A DNA stretch of 64,000 bases, from NCBI GenBank assembly GCA_022813965.1, contig JALDZS010000063.1, forward strand, positions 1-64,000. The letters run 5' to 3'. The stretch comes from Toensbergia leucococca. Taxonomy: Eukaryota. The translations under genes were made by a program, and so were the position numbers. Position 1 is the stretch's first letter. The number at the start of each line of letters is the position of its first letter. The notes below the pieces were generated by a model. That model was not told where the DNA came from. It searched no databases and worked only from the letters and a program-made list of their open reading frames with translations. This document shows, piece after piece, positions 1 to 13,940 of the stretch.

Positions 1-850
1 GGTAGGGTGTTGATGAATAGAAGAATAGTGATCAAAAAGTGTGTTGTTGTTATGATTCTATTCAGGTACGTTGACTCAAAATTCCTACGTTGGCCATTTG
101 CAATACTTTAAAAATTGACCTCGTAGGCATACCTAAAACAGCCCACGTGTGCTATGCAGGAGCAAGGGTTAGACCGCGACCAGGGCGTTGCTGCGGCGAG
201 CGGTGAGACGAAGAGACCGAGGCTGGAATCCTGGAATCTGGATAAGACGTGCGGTTCTTGTGCTACATGAACAAGACGGCCACGGCATATCACAAATGCT
301 GACATGTCTATCTCTTGGTCGCAAAACTTTCCATTTTTAATCTGACCCAGTTCTGTCTCTAGCCCCACTCTTTCCTGTGATGCACCATGTTGCAAGTGTG
401 ATAGAATACTCGCACATTGCAGCTTAAAGGCCGAATCGACGGCCACATATAATGACCTGTTGCCTACTCATGCATGGACTGATGCACCCTTTTGGGATTT
501 AATACAGAATTTCTTGACTCTGGCTCTCATGCGTCGAAAACCCTGCGTCTTTCATCCTTGCTTTTAGATGTGTTGCCATCTGATGGACCACTTCCCAAAG
601 CCAAGATATGTACGTTAACGAACCAGCTTCATGTATCGCAGGTGTAGCCGCAGTCTGGCTGACTGAGCCATTTCACCTGTTAGATACGTCACCGAGTCTA
701 CGAAAGAGTCAACGAGCCTCTTTCATTACTTTCATCAAAATTATAATGATTGTTTTAACCGCAAGCCCATCTTGTGACGGGGACATTGACGAGCCGGACG
801 GTGAAAATGTTCTAAGCCTATCACCCCAAGTGCTGGATGATAAGTTCAAA

Positions 851-2532
851 ATGCCTAGAGGTGCTTCAATGTCTTCGCCCTCCAAAAATCCCGATTTTCT
901 AGACAATAGCATGAAACGTGAGTCCGTACTACCAGGCGAGAGAAAGAAGAACGGCCGCCAGAAGAAGTGCCCCCAATCCGGATCAACTGTCATGAAGAAA
1001 ACCGCAAATGGCAGGTCTAAAGCGGGATGCTTCACATGCCGGCGACGGAAGAAGAAATGCGATGAGACAAGACCGTCTTGTAAGTCTTAAAGGATAGCCT
1101 CAGCAAGTCCATCCTTGGGCAGCGGCTGAAACCGACCTCAAAGATATGCTACAAGCTAAGAATAAATAGGTCTGAACTGCCAAAAGATTTCGGTGATATG
1201 TGAAGGTTATCTTCTTCCAGAAGTCTGGAGAGGTGGAAGACAGCGGGGTGAAGGAGGTGGGTCATCGAACAAGGTTGACTTCCCAGAAGCGTGGTCTGAC
1301 ATGTAACAGCAACAGTTCAACCATTCTTTTTGACAGTGCCTAGAGGGCTTCCCTTCCTTGTAGACGGAATTGAAACCGACGTAGACAGACGTTTCCTCGA
1401 TCACTTTGTACATGATCTTAGCAAGCTACTAACGCTACATGATGGCATTACGAATCCATTCAAGGATATCCTTTTGCCGATGGCGACACAGCACAAAGGT
1501 CTCATGCACTCCTTGATGTGCCTCTCTGGTTTACACCTAATCCAAAGTGACCCGAAGCCCTCATTTGACGTCCGTCAGGAAGAACACTTCTCTTCGGCCA
1601 TTATGATATGGACGGCAGATATTGCGTGCGCAATGAACATCGGTGCAGTTCCAGCTCAAGATGGCTTGCTCATTGAAGACCCTACAGTTGCATCGACTAT
1701 CGTGAATTGTTTGATAAGCATATGCAAAGGATCTACGAATGGCGAGTATCGGCTGTATATGGACAGTGCCCGACAGTTGGTTTCCAACCGTCAATCAGAG
1801 AATCCGACCTTTCGGAACTTTCTCTTCGAGTTCTTCATATATCATGAGATTTCCAACTCTCTGACCGCCTTGGATCGTCGGCCGCTGCTTGCGGATGAGT
1901 ACAATGATCAGGGTCTTCCTAATTTTCTCAATGACCCCACAGTTCAGCCCAGTAATGGTGTTGTTCTTGGCGTTCTCGACGGGCTATTTTCCAGATACAT
2001 CACCAGGATCACGGAATTGCGTGACTTGCGTCGGAAGCGCAAAAAGTCAGGTCGAGAGCCAGTTGTCGACTACCAAATGATAGAGGAAGCTCTGACAATT
2101 GATGCGAGCATACGTGCATGGGATCCTGGCCAGGAGCCGGATACCCCACGCTGGATTGCTGCGCAATTCTATCGCCAATGCACATGGATCTATCTCTGGC
2201 GTACAATCCATACCTCCCAGCCTTCGTCGAAGATTACCGCCGTTGTTGACGATGGTCTTGAGTACCTACGCGCAATGGCTCCGGGCGATTCAACGCAAGC
2301 CGTCGTGCTCCTACCGTTATTCATTCTAGGCTGTGCCGCTTTCCAGCAACGGCAACGACCACACATCGAAGCAGCCTTTGAGACTTTGCAGGAATATAGT
2401 AATTTCGGTAATATAAAGCCAGCGAGAGATGTCGTCAGAAGAGTGTGGGAGATGATGGACGCGGGTGACGAAAAGAGCTGGGACTGGGAGGTGGTTATGA
2501 AAGACATGAATATCGATCTTCTGGTTACATAA
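851..2532 (+). CDS. Zn(II)2Cys6 transcription factor with C-terminal fungal-specific TF domain (Fungal_trans_2-like); 2 introns (~1080-1169, ~1247-1308)
   Basis: Exon 1 ends RSKAGCFTCRRRKKKCDETRPS; splicing gtaagt..aatag restores C-LNCQKISVICEGY and completes the six-Cys cluster. ORF 1330-2532 has the NPF..LLPMA and GVLDGLF features and the WDW terminus typical of this domain. Confidence 0.88.
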
Positions 2533-3572
2533 ACCTCACGCAAGCTCTTCGGACTATCTTGAGCATCAAATCTCGGTAAAGAGCCTACTAAGCCATCGAA
2601 TGATTATTTTGACCGTCGGTTTCTAGTAACATTTCGGGAAAGGCCGAATTTTCAAAGATGGATCAATTTATTCGAGGACTATGAAATGTCACCGGACATT
2701 TGAAGGATGGGTCATCTTCCCCTGCACGCGAGCGCTTTTCGGGTTCCAAGGAGACTTGGACTCGATGCTCTTGGCATTCCCGCATACATCCTGTTGTGTG
2801 AAGGAGCATGCCTGTCCATTGATGGGGTAGATGTGCAGAGTGGGAGATGTTCAGTTTGTTTGTGATTGAACTATCTCGAAATCTCGTCCCCAAAATTTCA
2901 GCTAGAGTATTCTAATTGGCTGCTGATTGATTTCTTAGTTTGTATCATAATGAATAAACAAAGTCACCAAAGTCGTGGCTCGAAGCAGTATTCTCCCAGA
3001 ATGATACTTGTATGATACAGTCGTTTCAGGTACTCGTACTCAGGGGGTAGTCACTGCCGGATCTTAGGGCAGATCGTAGCCTTCTTAGCCTTATTAGGCA
3101 AGGTACCTACCTAGACTATCCTATTACGGACTATGATGTCATTGTACCTATGCGTAAATAAATGCATTCGGCATACGGAAATTAGCATTTGCATTATTCC
3201 GACACAAGAGCATCCTTTGATCATTTGGCATTAAATGAGTGGCATCCATGCTCGTGCTGTCATATGCTGCACGGATATGGTGATAGGTAATTAACTTGTC
3301 CGAGAGCCAAGATCCAATTCAACATCGGGTCCTTCCAGACATCGTTGCCGCATTTGACCTGAGGATATTTCCTTTCAAAAATTATTTTAGTTCTGCTCTA
3401 TGGGCTGAAGACAAGAGGCTTCACCTAATCCTTCACTCCTTTCCGCTGTGTTCCGCTGACTCCTTGCACATGCCTTGCTGCCGCCACTGAACATGGGGGT
3501 GTAGCAGACAGACAACGGACCTTACCTGTCCGTCATCATTCTTCCATCTTTTGTAAGCCCCACTGTACCATC

Positions 3573-6500
3573 ATGTCGGCTACCTCCAGTGAACGTGGTG
3601 GATATTGTACTACTATTCTCCCCATTCCTCCTCCTCTAGAATTTCCATATCCCCTACCCAGCACCCCGTCTTCTCGCGCTCCTACCCTCCTGGGAACAAG
3701 CTCAACGTCTTTGGTCAACTCCCCGCCTCGTCTTCCCGATGCCCCTCCAACTACTCATGCAGCAAACAGACTTGCGTCACGTGATTATGGAGAAAAGGTC
3801 AGTACCTCGCGGCCGCGACCATTGCTTGCAAAGAACTTCGTTACCGAAAGACCCCGTCCTAAGCAGAGAGACTCGTTGCTGGGCATGAAGAGATGGCAAA
3901 CGGGTCTAAACGCAGCTGCTAGAAATCCTGATTTCGAATCCGAGGACTCCTCATCATCCTCCGGCGAGGAACCAAATCCGAATCTTAAGACAGCATCATC
4001 GAATAGTAATGGGCGTTCAGGAGGCGGCCGTGGTGCAAACAAAGCACAAAAATCCACTCAACCAGACCCTCAAGAATCTGGACAATTCTCGAGGTTTTCT
4101 GTGGGCAATGACAGTTTCAAGACAAGGGGACGAGTTTCGAAGACGGATGGGAGACTCAACATCAGTGTCAACGAGACATCGAATAGCGGATATCTGGCTA
4201 AGGCACTCGGTGCTACTTTACAACATCACTTGAAAACAGGCCGTGAGCATCCTGACAATGATGACGCATCCAATCGGCCACTATCACCACTTCACGAGGA
4301 AGACGATCCCGTACGAAAGGGACACCCCCGTAACGAAACTGCATCAACAGTACCGACCACCTCCTCTAGATTGGATCAGCTACCTATGCCAACTCTAAAT
4401 ATTGTGATTATGGTCATTGGGAGTAGAGGAGACATACAACCGTTTCTAAAACTAGGCAAGCTACTCAAGAACGACCATGGTCATCGAGTGCGTATAGCAA
4501 CACATCCAGCGTTCAAAAAGTTCATTGAGCAAGACTCGGGCTTGGAGTTCTTCTCTGTAGGCGGTGATCCGGCGGAGCTCATGGCATTCATGGTCAAAAA
4601 CCCCGGACTGATCCCTTCGGTTTCCACTGTTAGAGCCGGCGACATAGGTCGGAAACGAGATTCCATGTTCGAGATGTTCCAGGGATTCTGGCGGGCATGT
4701 ATTAATGCGACTGATGATGAGAAAGATGTTGCGAACTTACAGATGATGGGTGGCAAGCATCCGTTTGTTGCGGACGCTATAATAGCCAATCCCCCGTGCT
4801 TCGCTCATGTGCATTGCGCAGAGAGACTAGGGGTACCACTGCATTTAATGTTCACCTTTCCTTACAGCCCTACGCAGGCATTCCCACATCCCTTAGCAAA
4901 CATTAAGAAAAGTAATGTCGATAGTAATTATACTAATTTCATGTCATACCCGCTGGTCGAGATGATGTACGTCGTTTCTGAGATCTGGTACAGCTGATTT
5001 GGAGCTGACGAGTTCCTAGGACATGGCAAGGCCTAGGCGATTTGGTCAATCGCTTTCGGGTCAAAACTCTAGGGCTAGAACCGGTTTCTACTCTTTGGGC
5101 GCCAGGCCAATTATTCCGACTCAAGGTTCCATATACTTATCTTTGGTCCCCTGGCTTGGTTCCAAAGCCTAGTGACTGGGGCCCTGAAATAGATATCGCT
5201 GGATTTGTCTTCTTGGATTTAGCATCATCCTATAGACCGCCAGACACTCTCAGCAAATTCCTCGAAGCTGGAGAGCCTCCAGTTTATATTGGATTTGGTA
5301 GTATAGTTGTTGATGATCCAGACAAATTCACTGCTCTGATATTCGAAGCGGTCAAGAAAGCTGGTGTGAGAGCATTGGTGAGTAAGGGTTGGGGCGGTCT
5401 AGGCGACGAAGGAAATACGCCAAACAGCATATACATGCTCGAGAATACGCCTCATGACTGGCTCTTTCCTCGGGTCAGCGCAGTAGTTCATCATGGAGGT
5501 GCCGGAACGACCGCCATAGGGTTAAAATGTGGCAAGCCTACCATGATTGTTCCCTTCTTCGGTGATCAGCCTTTCTGGGGCTCGATGGTAGCCAAGGCTG
5601 GAGCGGGTGCTCGCGAACCAGTGCCATATAAGCGACTTACGGCTGACAAGCTTGCTGAAGGAATCAAGCAATGTCTTTCTCCCGAAGCTAAGATAGAAGC
5701 AGAGAAACTCGCTTGTGATATCGTTGAAGAAGGTGATGGAGCTGAGAACGCTGTCAACTCGTTTCACCATCATTTGCCAGTAAGAGGTGAGCATTCCATG
5801 CGTTGCTCTATCCTTGAGGATCGAGCTGCCGTCTGGAACTTGAAGAAAACAAGCATGAAACTATCTGCGCTTGCCGCGGAAATCCTAGTCGAGAAGAAAA
5901 GGATCAAATGGCGTGACCTGAGATTACTACGCCATTACGACTGGACTGACTTTGAGGGACCTGGCGAGCCGTTCACTGGTGCTGGAGCTGCTTTGGTTAA
6001 TAGTGCTGGTGCATTTGTCAAAGGTGTCGGAGGCACGCCTGTGAGATGGGCGAAGAGTATCAAGAAGAGAGAGAAACACGTAGCTATGCAAAGGCGAAGG
6101 AGCCAGGGAAGGGCGAGGATTGAGGAGAAGGATTCATCAAAACAAAAGGACCATGTTGATGGTAATGACAAAATCAATACGAATGGCGCGTTGTCCCATG
6201 GCGGGCAGCACGGGCAAGAGAGTCATCTCCCAGAGGCAAATACCATCCCAGGTCATGTCAAGTGGAAGGCTGAGAAGATTACCTCAAATGGTAGTGCTGT
6301 TGGCTCGGCCTCACAACATGTCAATGACGAAGACGAAGACGCAATGTCTGATGCTTCGGAAGGCTCCGAAGACAACCTCGCCGAAGACTTGGCCACCGAC
6401 GCCGGTATCGGTCTTGCCAAGAGCGGCGAGGCTCTCGCAAAAGGTGTGTTATTCTGTTGTGTTTGAGCTAGTCATGGTTATGCCTGCTAAAATTGCCCCA

Positions 6501-7373
6501 GCACCAATGGATCTCTCGCTAGCCATCGCCCAAGGTTTCCATAATGCTCCCCGCCTCTATGGTGACAGGACCGTCCGTAAAACTACCCGAATTGGAGGCT
6601 ACCAATCAGGACTCAAGGCCGCAGGCGAGGAATTTGTTTATGGAATTTATGACGGCTGGACAGGTCTGGTGTTGCATCCTTACAACGGCGCCAAGGAAGA
6701 CGGCGCCTTGGGCTTTGTCAAAGGAATTGGGAAGGGTTTCGGTGGATTTGTGCTCAAGGATCTGGCGGCGATTATTGGGCCGTTCGCGTACACTCTCAAG
6801 GGCATTCATAAGGAACTCCAAAAAAGCAAACAACCTACCCATTTCATCCGCAGAGCACGTATTATACAGGGGCAGCAGGATATTCGTACATTAAGCAATT
6901 CCGGTAGCGACGGCCAGAAGACGATGATCCAGGCCTTGGACGCGGTAGAAAGCACATGGCAGCTACTACTTGAATTTCGCAAGGAATTTGCCGCGGCGAA
7001 GGAAGAGGGCTTCCGGGGCCGAGTGGCGATGTATTGTCAACGCAGGAAGTGGATACATGAAGGGGCGTTCGAGAACGCGACTGTTGCTAGAAAGGCGTTG
7101 GAAGAAAGGAGGCGGTCGAGGGGTAATGCATATGGGGCGGGGGAGAATGGAGGTGTTGGGAAGGCGGGTAGAAAGGGGAGGCGGAGGGTAAGTTCTAGGG
7201 GTGAGAAGGACGGACCAGGCGTGACGGATGCTGAGTTCGTGAATGGGAATGAGGAAGTGGCCGACCGGAGGGCTACTGCTAATGGCAAAGTCGACGGCGA
7301 GAAAAGGGGCCGGTTGGATGCTGCGGGGGTTTCGGGCTTTGGCGTGCGCTTGGCGAGTGGATTGCATGCTTGA
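3573..7373 (+). CDS. Family 1 glycosyltransferase, sterol 3-beta-glucosyltransferase-like (Glyco_transf_28 plus UDPGT C-domain); 2 introns (~4967-5019, ~6444-6500)
   Basis: Motifs IVIMVIGSRGDIQPF, RVRIATH, VYIGFGS, PHDWLFP..AVVHHGGAGTTA and VPFFGDQPFWG. Three ORFs are joined by canonical GT-AG introns. Confidence 0.92.
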
Positions 7374-7399
7374 GTGATGTGATGGAAAAAGGGGCATAG

Positions 7400-8940
7400 G
7401 GGGCTTATACCCATTAGAGCGACCACTTTTCGTCACTTTTAGCGGGATTGTTTTTGTTCATTGTGAATTCTTTCAACTTGTATTGTTATGGACTGAGGGC
7501 TATACGGTTAGCTGCTTTCTCTTTTTGAGCGAAAGGGAGATATATCTCTTCCCCTGCTTTGATCAGGTGTTGGGTGGTGCTTTTGGATATGAAGTGCACA
7601 CCCATCATCACCAATCGGTTCTGGGAAAAAAAAGACCTTCTCCTTCTATTCACCGCCCTCCCGGTCGTGGTGGCAAATTGAGTGATAACAGCTAATTAGA
7701 AATGATGGCCTTGTGTGTTTTTTTGTTTTTTTCGGCTTTTGTTGTTTTGTTTTGGGGGAAAATCGGCCACACTTTTCCTCCTTGCTGGAAGGGGGTTACC
7801 TAATACGGTTTACTTCTTCCCTCCCACCGTGCCCCCCTCCCTCCCCCCCCTTTTAGCGAAAAAAGAATTTCTCCGAAGCAGCAGCGGCGATCTCTCATGG
7901 CTCTGTCTGGTCTATTCTATTCCTGCTCCAATTCCCACACCCCGCCATGGTACCATCTCAATTCGGGTAAATCAAACTCTTTTTTTGTTTCTTCAACATT
8001 TGATTCTCTCTCTTTTTTTGTTTTCTTTTACCCCCGCACCCCGGCCCCCTCATTCACTCACTCACTCACTCACACACTCCCTCCTTTTCATCTCTTTCTT
8101 GCGCATAAGGTTTTTATGTGGCGGTAGATGTGTGAGCTGAAGTTCTTCATGTCCTTTTGTGTGTGTTAAGCTTGAGCGGTATGTGTGTGAGAGATTGAGA
8201 GATTGAGAAGGGGGGGGGGGAGGAAAAAGTGCGAGATGTGGAGACGAGGCATGAAGAAGTGAGGGGCGGGGGTCATGAGTTAAGTGATGAGGGTAGCTTG
8301 TAATAGAGAAAGAGGAAGGGGCCTGGGGGATTTTCCAAAAGGAAAAGCTTTTTTTTTTTTCTTTTTTGGGGTTTGATTGTCGAGTCGTTGTTTTTTTTCT
8401 GGCTTTTTCTTGGAAGAAAGAAACGCTTGTGTGAGTAGAGGAGGGGAGAGGGGGGCTACCTAGGTTGATGTGATGAGATGAAAGTATGATTGAAGATGCG
8501 GCAAAGGCGGGGGGGGAGTTTGATAACGTGGACTCGGAGACGAGGAGGTGCATTTGTTGCTTGTCATGCCCTACCTACCTCTTTTCTTTCGGGGTGGGGT
8601 GGAATGGGGCTTTATGATGTTTGTGCTGAAGATTTGGTTGTGGTGGGGGGGGGGGGTTAGGGAGGGTGGTGATAAGAATACGATAGCGGAAAAGTGTGTC
8701 AATGTAGACAGAAAGAAGTGGAGAATCTTTTTCATCAGACCAAAGCTTTTTATGCTACCTGTTTGTCGGAAGAAAGAGCCATGCTGGCGGCATATCTCTC
8801 CGTGCCCACAATCCGATACGCTGGCACAAAGCCACCAACCTAAGGACACGGAAAACCATGCCCCAGCTTCAATCTCCATACCATCCATTCATCCAATCAC
8901 CGGTCTCCGTCCCCCATCCCAGCAAAAAGGAAGATAATTA
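7400..8940. repeat. Low-complexity homopolymer/microsatellite tract ((TCAC)n, poly-T, poly-G, poly-C) between convergent genes
   Basis: Runs such as tcactcactcactcactcac (~8055), g11 (~8210), t13 (~8348) and g12 (~8645). Confidence 0.8.
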
Positions 8941-9215
8941 GAGAGGAGAAGACGCCTTGATCCGTTCAAAATCATGACTGCGTGATGCATCTATGGACGT
9001 GACATATGTAGATGCTGTAACCCGCTAGGAAGAGCAGAGAATTTTTGGGACAAGACGTAAAAGGTGATGGCAGTCTGCAGACGGATACCCAATATTTTGA
9101 TGCCTTGAGCCAGCTAGCCCGACCAATGCCTCCCGCTAGAGTGGGAAATCACAGTAATGCAATCAGTTCTATACGCCAAGCAAAAAGCGAAAGCTATATT
9201 GCTGCGAGCATAAGT

Positions 9216-11907
9216 CTAGGCGCCACTGGCAAGGTGAATGACCAGCTTGTTGGTAAGATCCAAAAATGGCTGTGGGCTAGTGACGTCCTTATCCAAGACC
9301 CTAAAGCCCGAGCCGACTAACTTCTTCTCCGTTTCGCTGACTGCAACCTCGATGATGGGTTCGTAGCCAGCGCATTTAAAGTCGACGAGGTAGGTTTCTG
9401 CTTCGAGAGTGTAAAGTTGAACGTCCATGTAAACGTAGCAGGCGCTATCAGCCATAGCTAGAGGTTGAAGTCCGGTGGTAATGGTAGTGGCAGCAACGCT
9501 GGAGGTGGATCCTGTGGCTGAGCTCAAGCTACCGATGATGCTACTACGACGGCGAGCTTGATCATCGTTCGTAAGGTCGACGCGACTGCTGTGGGCGGAG
9601 CCGGGGTGGACGGTGCCGGGTGGGTACATGCCGTCTTTACGCCAACGTACGTGGATGCACCAGGGGTCCTTGGGTATATAGCCTTCTGGAATGACATTGG
9701 GATCGATGCCTTCGTCGCTATCTTGACGCGTGAGAGTGGACGTGCCAGAAGAATCTGGATTGTCGTTTTCTATCGCGCCGTCCGAGCCGTAATTTGGCGT
9801 CGAGTCGTCGAGCTGGTGGTGTTGCTCTGGAGAATGGGCATGCTTGTCTGAGTTGTGACGATTGGTCGAAGTGAGATGAGTGGCGCCGGCAACACGGACG
9901 GGATAAGGACCAGGAGGCTTTCGTGGCTCGTTTCCCGGAGGTGCTGATACTTGCCATTGGGCTTTCTGTGCCGACAAAGCCTTGTAGATGCAGAGCATAG
10001 CCTCAAATGGCAAGTTGCGGCTACGGATCCCAAATTGCCATCTCGGAACCTTTGACTTCTTTGCCGTGATTTGGGTTAGGCCTTCAGGCTGCTGCGAGGT
10101 GATGTTTTGTAGTTGTACCGTAGAGCGAGAGTGAGGCTTTAGACGACGTGCCGTGGCAGCTTGGTCCTCTTTGGACTGTTCTTGTGGGTTGGTGTCTGTC
10201 GAAAGCTTTGAGAAGTACTCAAGTTCGTGTGGTTCCATTTCTTCTGGTTCGGTGATCGCCCGCTGCTGCTCGGCCTTCCTCTTGGCCATGTATTGATTAT
10301 GGTAATATGGCATGCTACTCGCAAGAATACCAATCTTACTAATGTACTCTGGCTCAACCTCTACCGGTTCACCTAGCCTTGAGGCCTGCGCTTGCTGCGG
10401 ATTGCTGAATGATGGAAGTCTCTCGTCGTGCGCATGAGCAGCCTCGGCTACAGGAGACGTTAAGGACTGTGGAGTTGCCGGCATGTTGGAGTTCCAAGCT
10501 GGAGGTGATTGTGCTAGGAATGGTTGGAGGTTTTGTGCTTGCAGCAAAAAAGCTTTGAGCGTTGTCAGCGGGTGGTCGGTTTGAAAGAACGGGGGGTTGA
10601 TCGAAACATCAACAAAGCACAAACGCGGTCGTAGAAAAACTTTGACATACGGTTTGACTTCATCATTTGGTTCTCCCTCACAATCAAATACGCGTCTTTA
10701 ATGGCGTTCGGCTCGTCCTTGCCCAGAGCCTCTTGAACATCATCTTTGGCATAGCCCATGGTCTTACCCAGCTTTCCAACTACGGATTGATGTATTTGTT
10801 CTTGTACAGCTGGCGTCTTACCAACCGCAAGCTTTCGAGGATCGATGGCTTTGTTTGGATCCACGCCTGTATCAATGAACTCCTCCACTGGTGGCTTAAG
10901 ATAGTCTTCAAGGTCTTCATTAAACCATGCATCCTGGCGAATATCCTGAATCGTAATACGCTGGACCGGATTTACTTTCAACATCTTGTGGATGATGTGC
11001 TTGGCACCAGAAGAAAGATAAGGGGGTGTGTAGAAGGTACCCGAGGATATCTTCCTAAAAAGTGTAGGGATGAATTCGTCGTCAAAGGGAAGACGGCCAA
11101 CAAGCAAAACATACAGAATCACTCCACAGCTCCAAACGTCAACCTCAGGGCCAGCATACAGCTTGCCGGAAATGACTTCAGGGGCAGCATAATTCGGACT
11201 TCCGCAGCTAGTTTTGAGGAAGTTGCCATCAGTCATGATGTTGCTCAGACCAAAGTCAGCAATCTTGACATTTAGCTCATTATCAAGTAAGAGATTCTCC
11301 GGCTTTAAATCTCGATGTACGATCTTGTGTCGATGACAATACTCGACGGCGCAGACGATTTGCTGGAAGAAACGTCGGGCTTTCCCTTCTGACATCTTCC
11401 CATGCTTGACAAGATAATCGAAGAGCTCTCCTCCGGCGTATTCGAGAACCATGATAATGTCCGTTGGAGTTGTTATTACAGTATATCTATCATGGTTAAT
11501 TTCCCTTCTTCCGTGAATTTCGAAATGACAAGGCCCTACAGTTTGATAATGTGTGGATGCCTCAGAAGCTGCAAATACTGAATTTCTCTCTCCACTCTTC
11601 CTGCCATATCTCTTGAAATCAGCTTTTTGCGAGAGATTATTTTCAACGCAACTTCTTGTCCACTAACTCGGTGTACTGCGAGTTTGACCTTTCCAAAAGA
11701 GCCTTCCCCGAGTGTTTTCTTGACGCTATATTGGCCGATGCGTTGTCCTGCACGTCCTCCAGCTGTGAGATCGTTGATGCTATGACTTGCGTTCTGGGAA
11801 GGGGGAGCCTTCTGGGCATGATTGATAGAGGCAGGCTTCTGAGCACGGCGTTCTGGGGGACCGGACAGCGACATGGAGAGCTCGTCATCATCAAGGGTAG
11901 AGGCCAT
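9216..11907 (-). CDS. SNF1: Carbon catabolite-derepressing AMP-activated Ser/Thr kinase Snf1; 2 introns (~11487-11539, ~10555-10650)
   Basis: LGEGSFGKVKLA, REIQYLQLLRHPHIIKL, HRDLKPENLLL, DFGLSNIMTDGNFLKTSCGSPNYAAPEVISGKLYAGPEVDVWS, a UBA-like region, RWQFGIRSRN and C-terminal PFLDLTNKLVIHLA. Confidence 0.97.
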
Positions 11908-13121
11908 TTCAGCCGATTTCCGATGATGGCACTTGGACGATTAGTCTGGTGAGGGTGAGCGAGGTCCGTTGAAGGGGCTCTCGAGAGGTCGCTACCAAGG
12001 CAATGGCTGTGATTAGACCCAGAAAAGTCAAGGGGCGTTAGACAAATTTATTCAGCGTCGAAATACGAAATTTGTCAAAGTCACAAGAAGGTGGAGAGAT
12101 AAAGGTGAAGACGATATGGCTTGTGAGTGAGGAAGTATTTGTTAAGAAAGACATGCAGGAAAATTCATGCAGGAACGTCAGGTCATCATCACCTTTGCAG
12201 CAGTTCGAGCGTCTTTGTCACTTGCTTAGGACAGACTCGGTCGACTGTAATTCCTTCACGACATATGTCCGGGATCGTGTCTAGGTAGGAACTAGTTCCC
12301 TCGCCTCTTCCCTAGTTGTACGGAGAACCGTTCTACGAGTAGGTGCGTATTCCCTGCTCATCTTTGCATGTGACTGGCCTTTTATTGGGCATGCGGATAC
12401 ACCCGCTCAACCCGCAACCTAGAATCAAATATTGTTTAAGTTGTACGAGTACCCTCACCCTACAGAACACCAAAACACTTCTATCTGACCATGTTGATCG
12501 ACCAGGGAACTACAGGTGAGTGGCGAAAATCATCATTAATATTGCCATTGCTACTTGTCCTCACGTCTTGTCTCTTACGAGCACGTCTATGGCCTGTGCT
12601 ACACATCTACAGCTTCTCAAAAACGAAGGACACTTATTAGATTCAAGGCTGAATTGTCATGTTTCCACATGGTCAAGGCACAATGGCTAGATAAATAAGT
12701 GTTGAGCTTCGGAAGATTGAATTTTCGGACACAGATGGCCTCAAAGATGATGGTAGTCTCTTATTACCTTCCTCTCAGACTACTGAGGCGATCAGCAGCT
12801 TACATACGACGCCTTTACCCGACAAAGACGTCGGAGAACATTTCTCTTCTAGGAGAACCCCTGAATCCACGGGTACCAATGCAGATAACTTTGAGGCATC
12901 CAGATGTCTGGTAATCAAATAGCTCCAGCACAACACCTGAGCATGATGAAATAAAGAAATGGGAAACGAAGGAACATTAATTCATCATGGCCGGTCTCGG
13001 GCCTACTGCATGGCCACAGAAACGCCTCAAGACCACGAATTGAATGCATGAAGTATGGTGGATGATGGGGGCTACTGTATTTCAAGACCATCAAAATAAA
13101 TGTTTGTGGTTTCAAAGGTGC

Positions 13122-13940
13122 TCATATAACTTTCTTCTCTTCGTTTTTCAATCGTTGCACGACTTTCTCTCTCAAGAAAGGACTAAGACCAAGACTGCAC
13201 CCTTTGATTAGCGATTCTGCCGCTATAACTAAGAAATGCTTTCAACTCACCAGCCATCCCTGGTTATCAATCTGTAGCTTCCAGAGTTTTGATAATTGCC
13301 GCTCCCGTCGACAAAGTTGCCATTCGAATCTACCTCCAAACTTCCGAAGATATCCTCGGGGTCGGCTACACGCCCGTAGTCTGGCGGATGCCTGCTATCA
13401 GACACATGTATGTACCCACCTCGCCCTCCTCCTCCTGCACCACCTTGGCTACTTGCTCCGCCGGCACCATCACCTCCTGTTCCACCTCCTCCGCCGGAAG
13501 TAGTACCTCTTCTCTTTTGCCGCTGCTGCGGGAAAAAACCGCCACCCGAGCCTAAGCTCGAGCCTGAGGTTGATGCCAATGCTTGGGCCTGCGCAATGAC
13601 ATAGGCGTCTTGATGAGCATGCTCTGCAAGTACTGACTGCAACAGCTCTAAGAAGCGATGATTCTCTGTGAGGGAATCAGGGGTGGGAGGTAATTTGGTC
13701 GTTGTACCAATAGCGAGAGCAGAGTTTGGCGGTGTGGTCGGTAGCAAGGAGAGGATATAGCTACTAATGGAACGATCATCGGGAAATACATACTGTTGTG
13801 TTCGTAAGTCATGTCAATCCAAGGAACCAGTAATTACCTACAATATGCGGACTACCATCAAGAGTTGATAGACTCCTACGCTGTGTCACATGAAAGACAG
13901 GCCTTGTGGATATCGCCCGAATCAGATTCCGGGCAAACAT
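13122..13940 (-). CDS. Conserved fungal protein of unknown function with predicted mitochondrial presequence; 2 introns
   Basis: Spliced reading MFARNLIRAISTRPVFHVTQRRSLSTLDGSPHI|YVFPDD...(Gly-rich)...GYIHVSDSRHPPDYGRVADPEDIFGSLEVD...YRLITRDG|.LGLSPFLREKVVQRLKNEEKKVI*. The N-terminus is Arg/Ser-rich and lacks acidic residues. Confidence 0.8.

Noticed and set aside
108..446. 112-aa minus-strand ORF
   Set aside because: Non-ATG start and no recognisable motif; probably promoter or intergenic sequence.
8655..8662. TTAGGG (also ~27436) as telomeric repeat
   Set aside because: Single isolated copies within G-rich tracts, not arrays.
7715..8937. Several 76-163 aa ORFs in the low-complexity tract
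   Set aside because: They are Phe/Pro/Ser/Lys-biased translations of homopolymer DNA with no motif, and stay open only because the composition is poor in stop codons.
10667..11275. 202-aa + strand ORF
   Set aside because: Antisense shadow of the SNF1 kinase exon.
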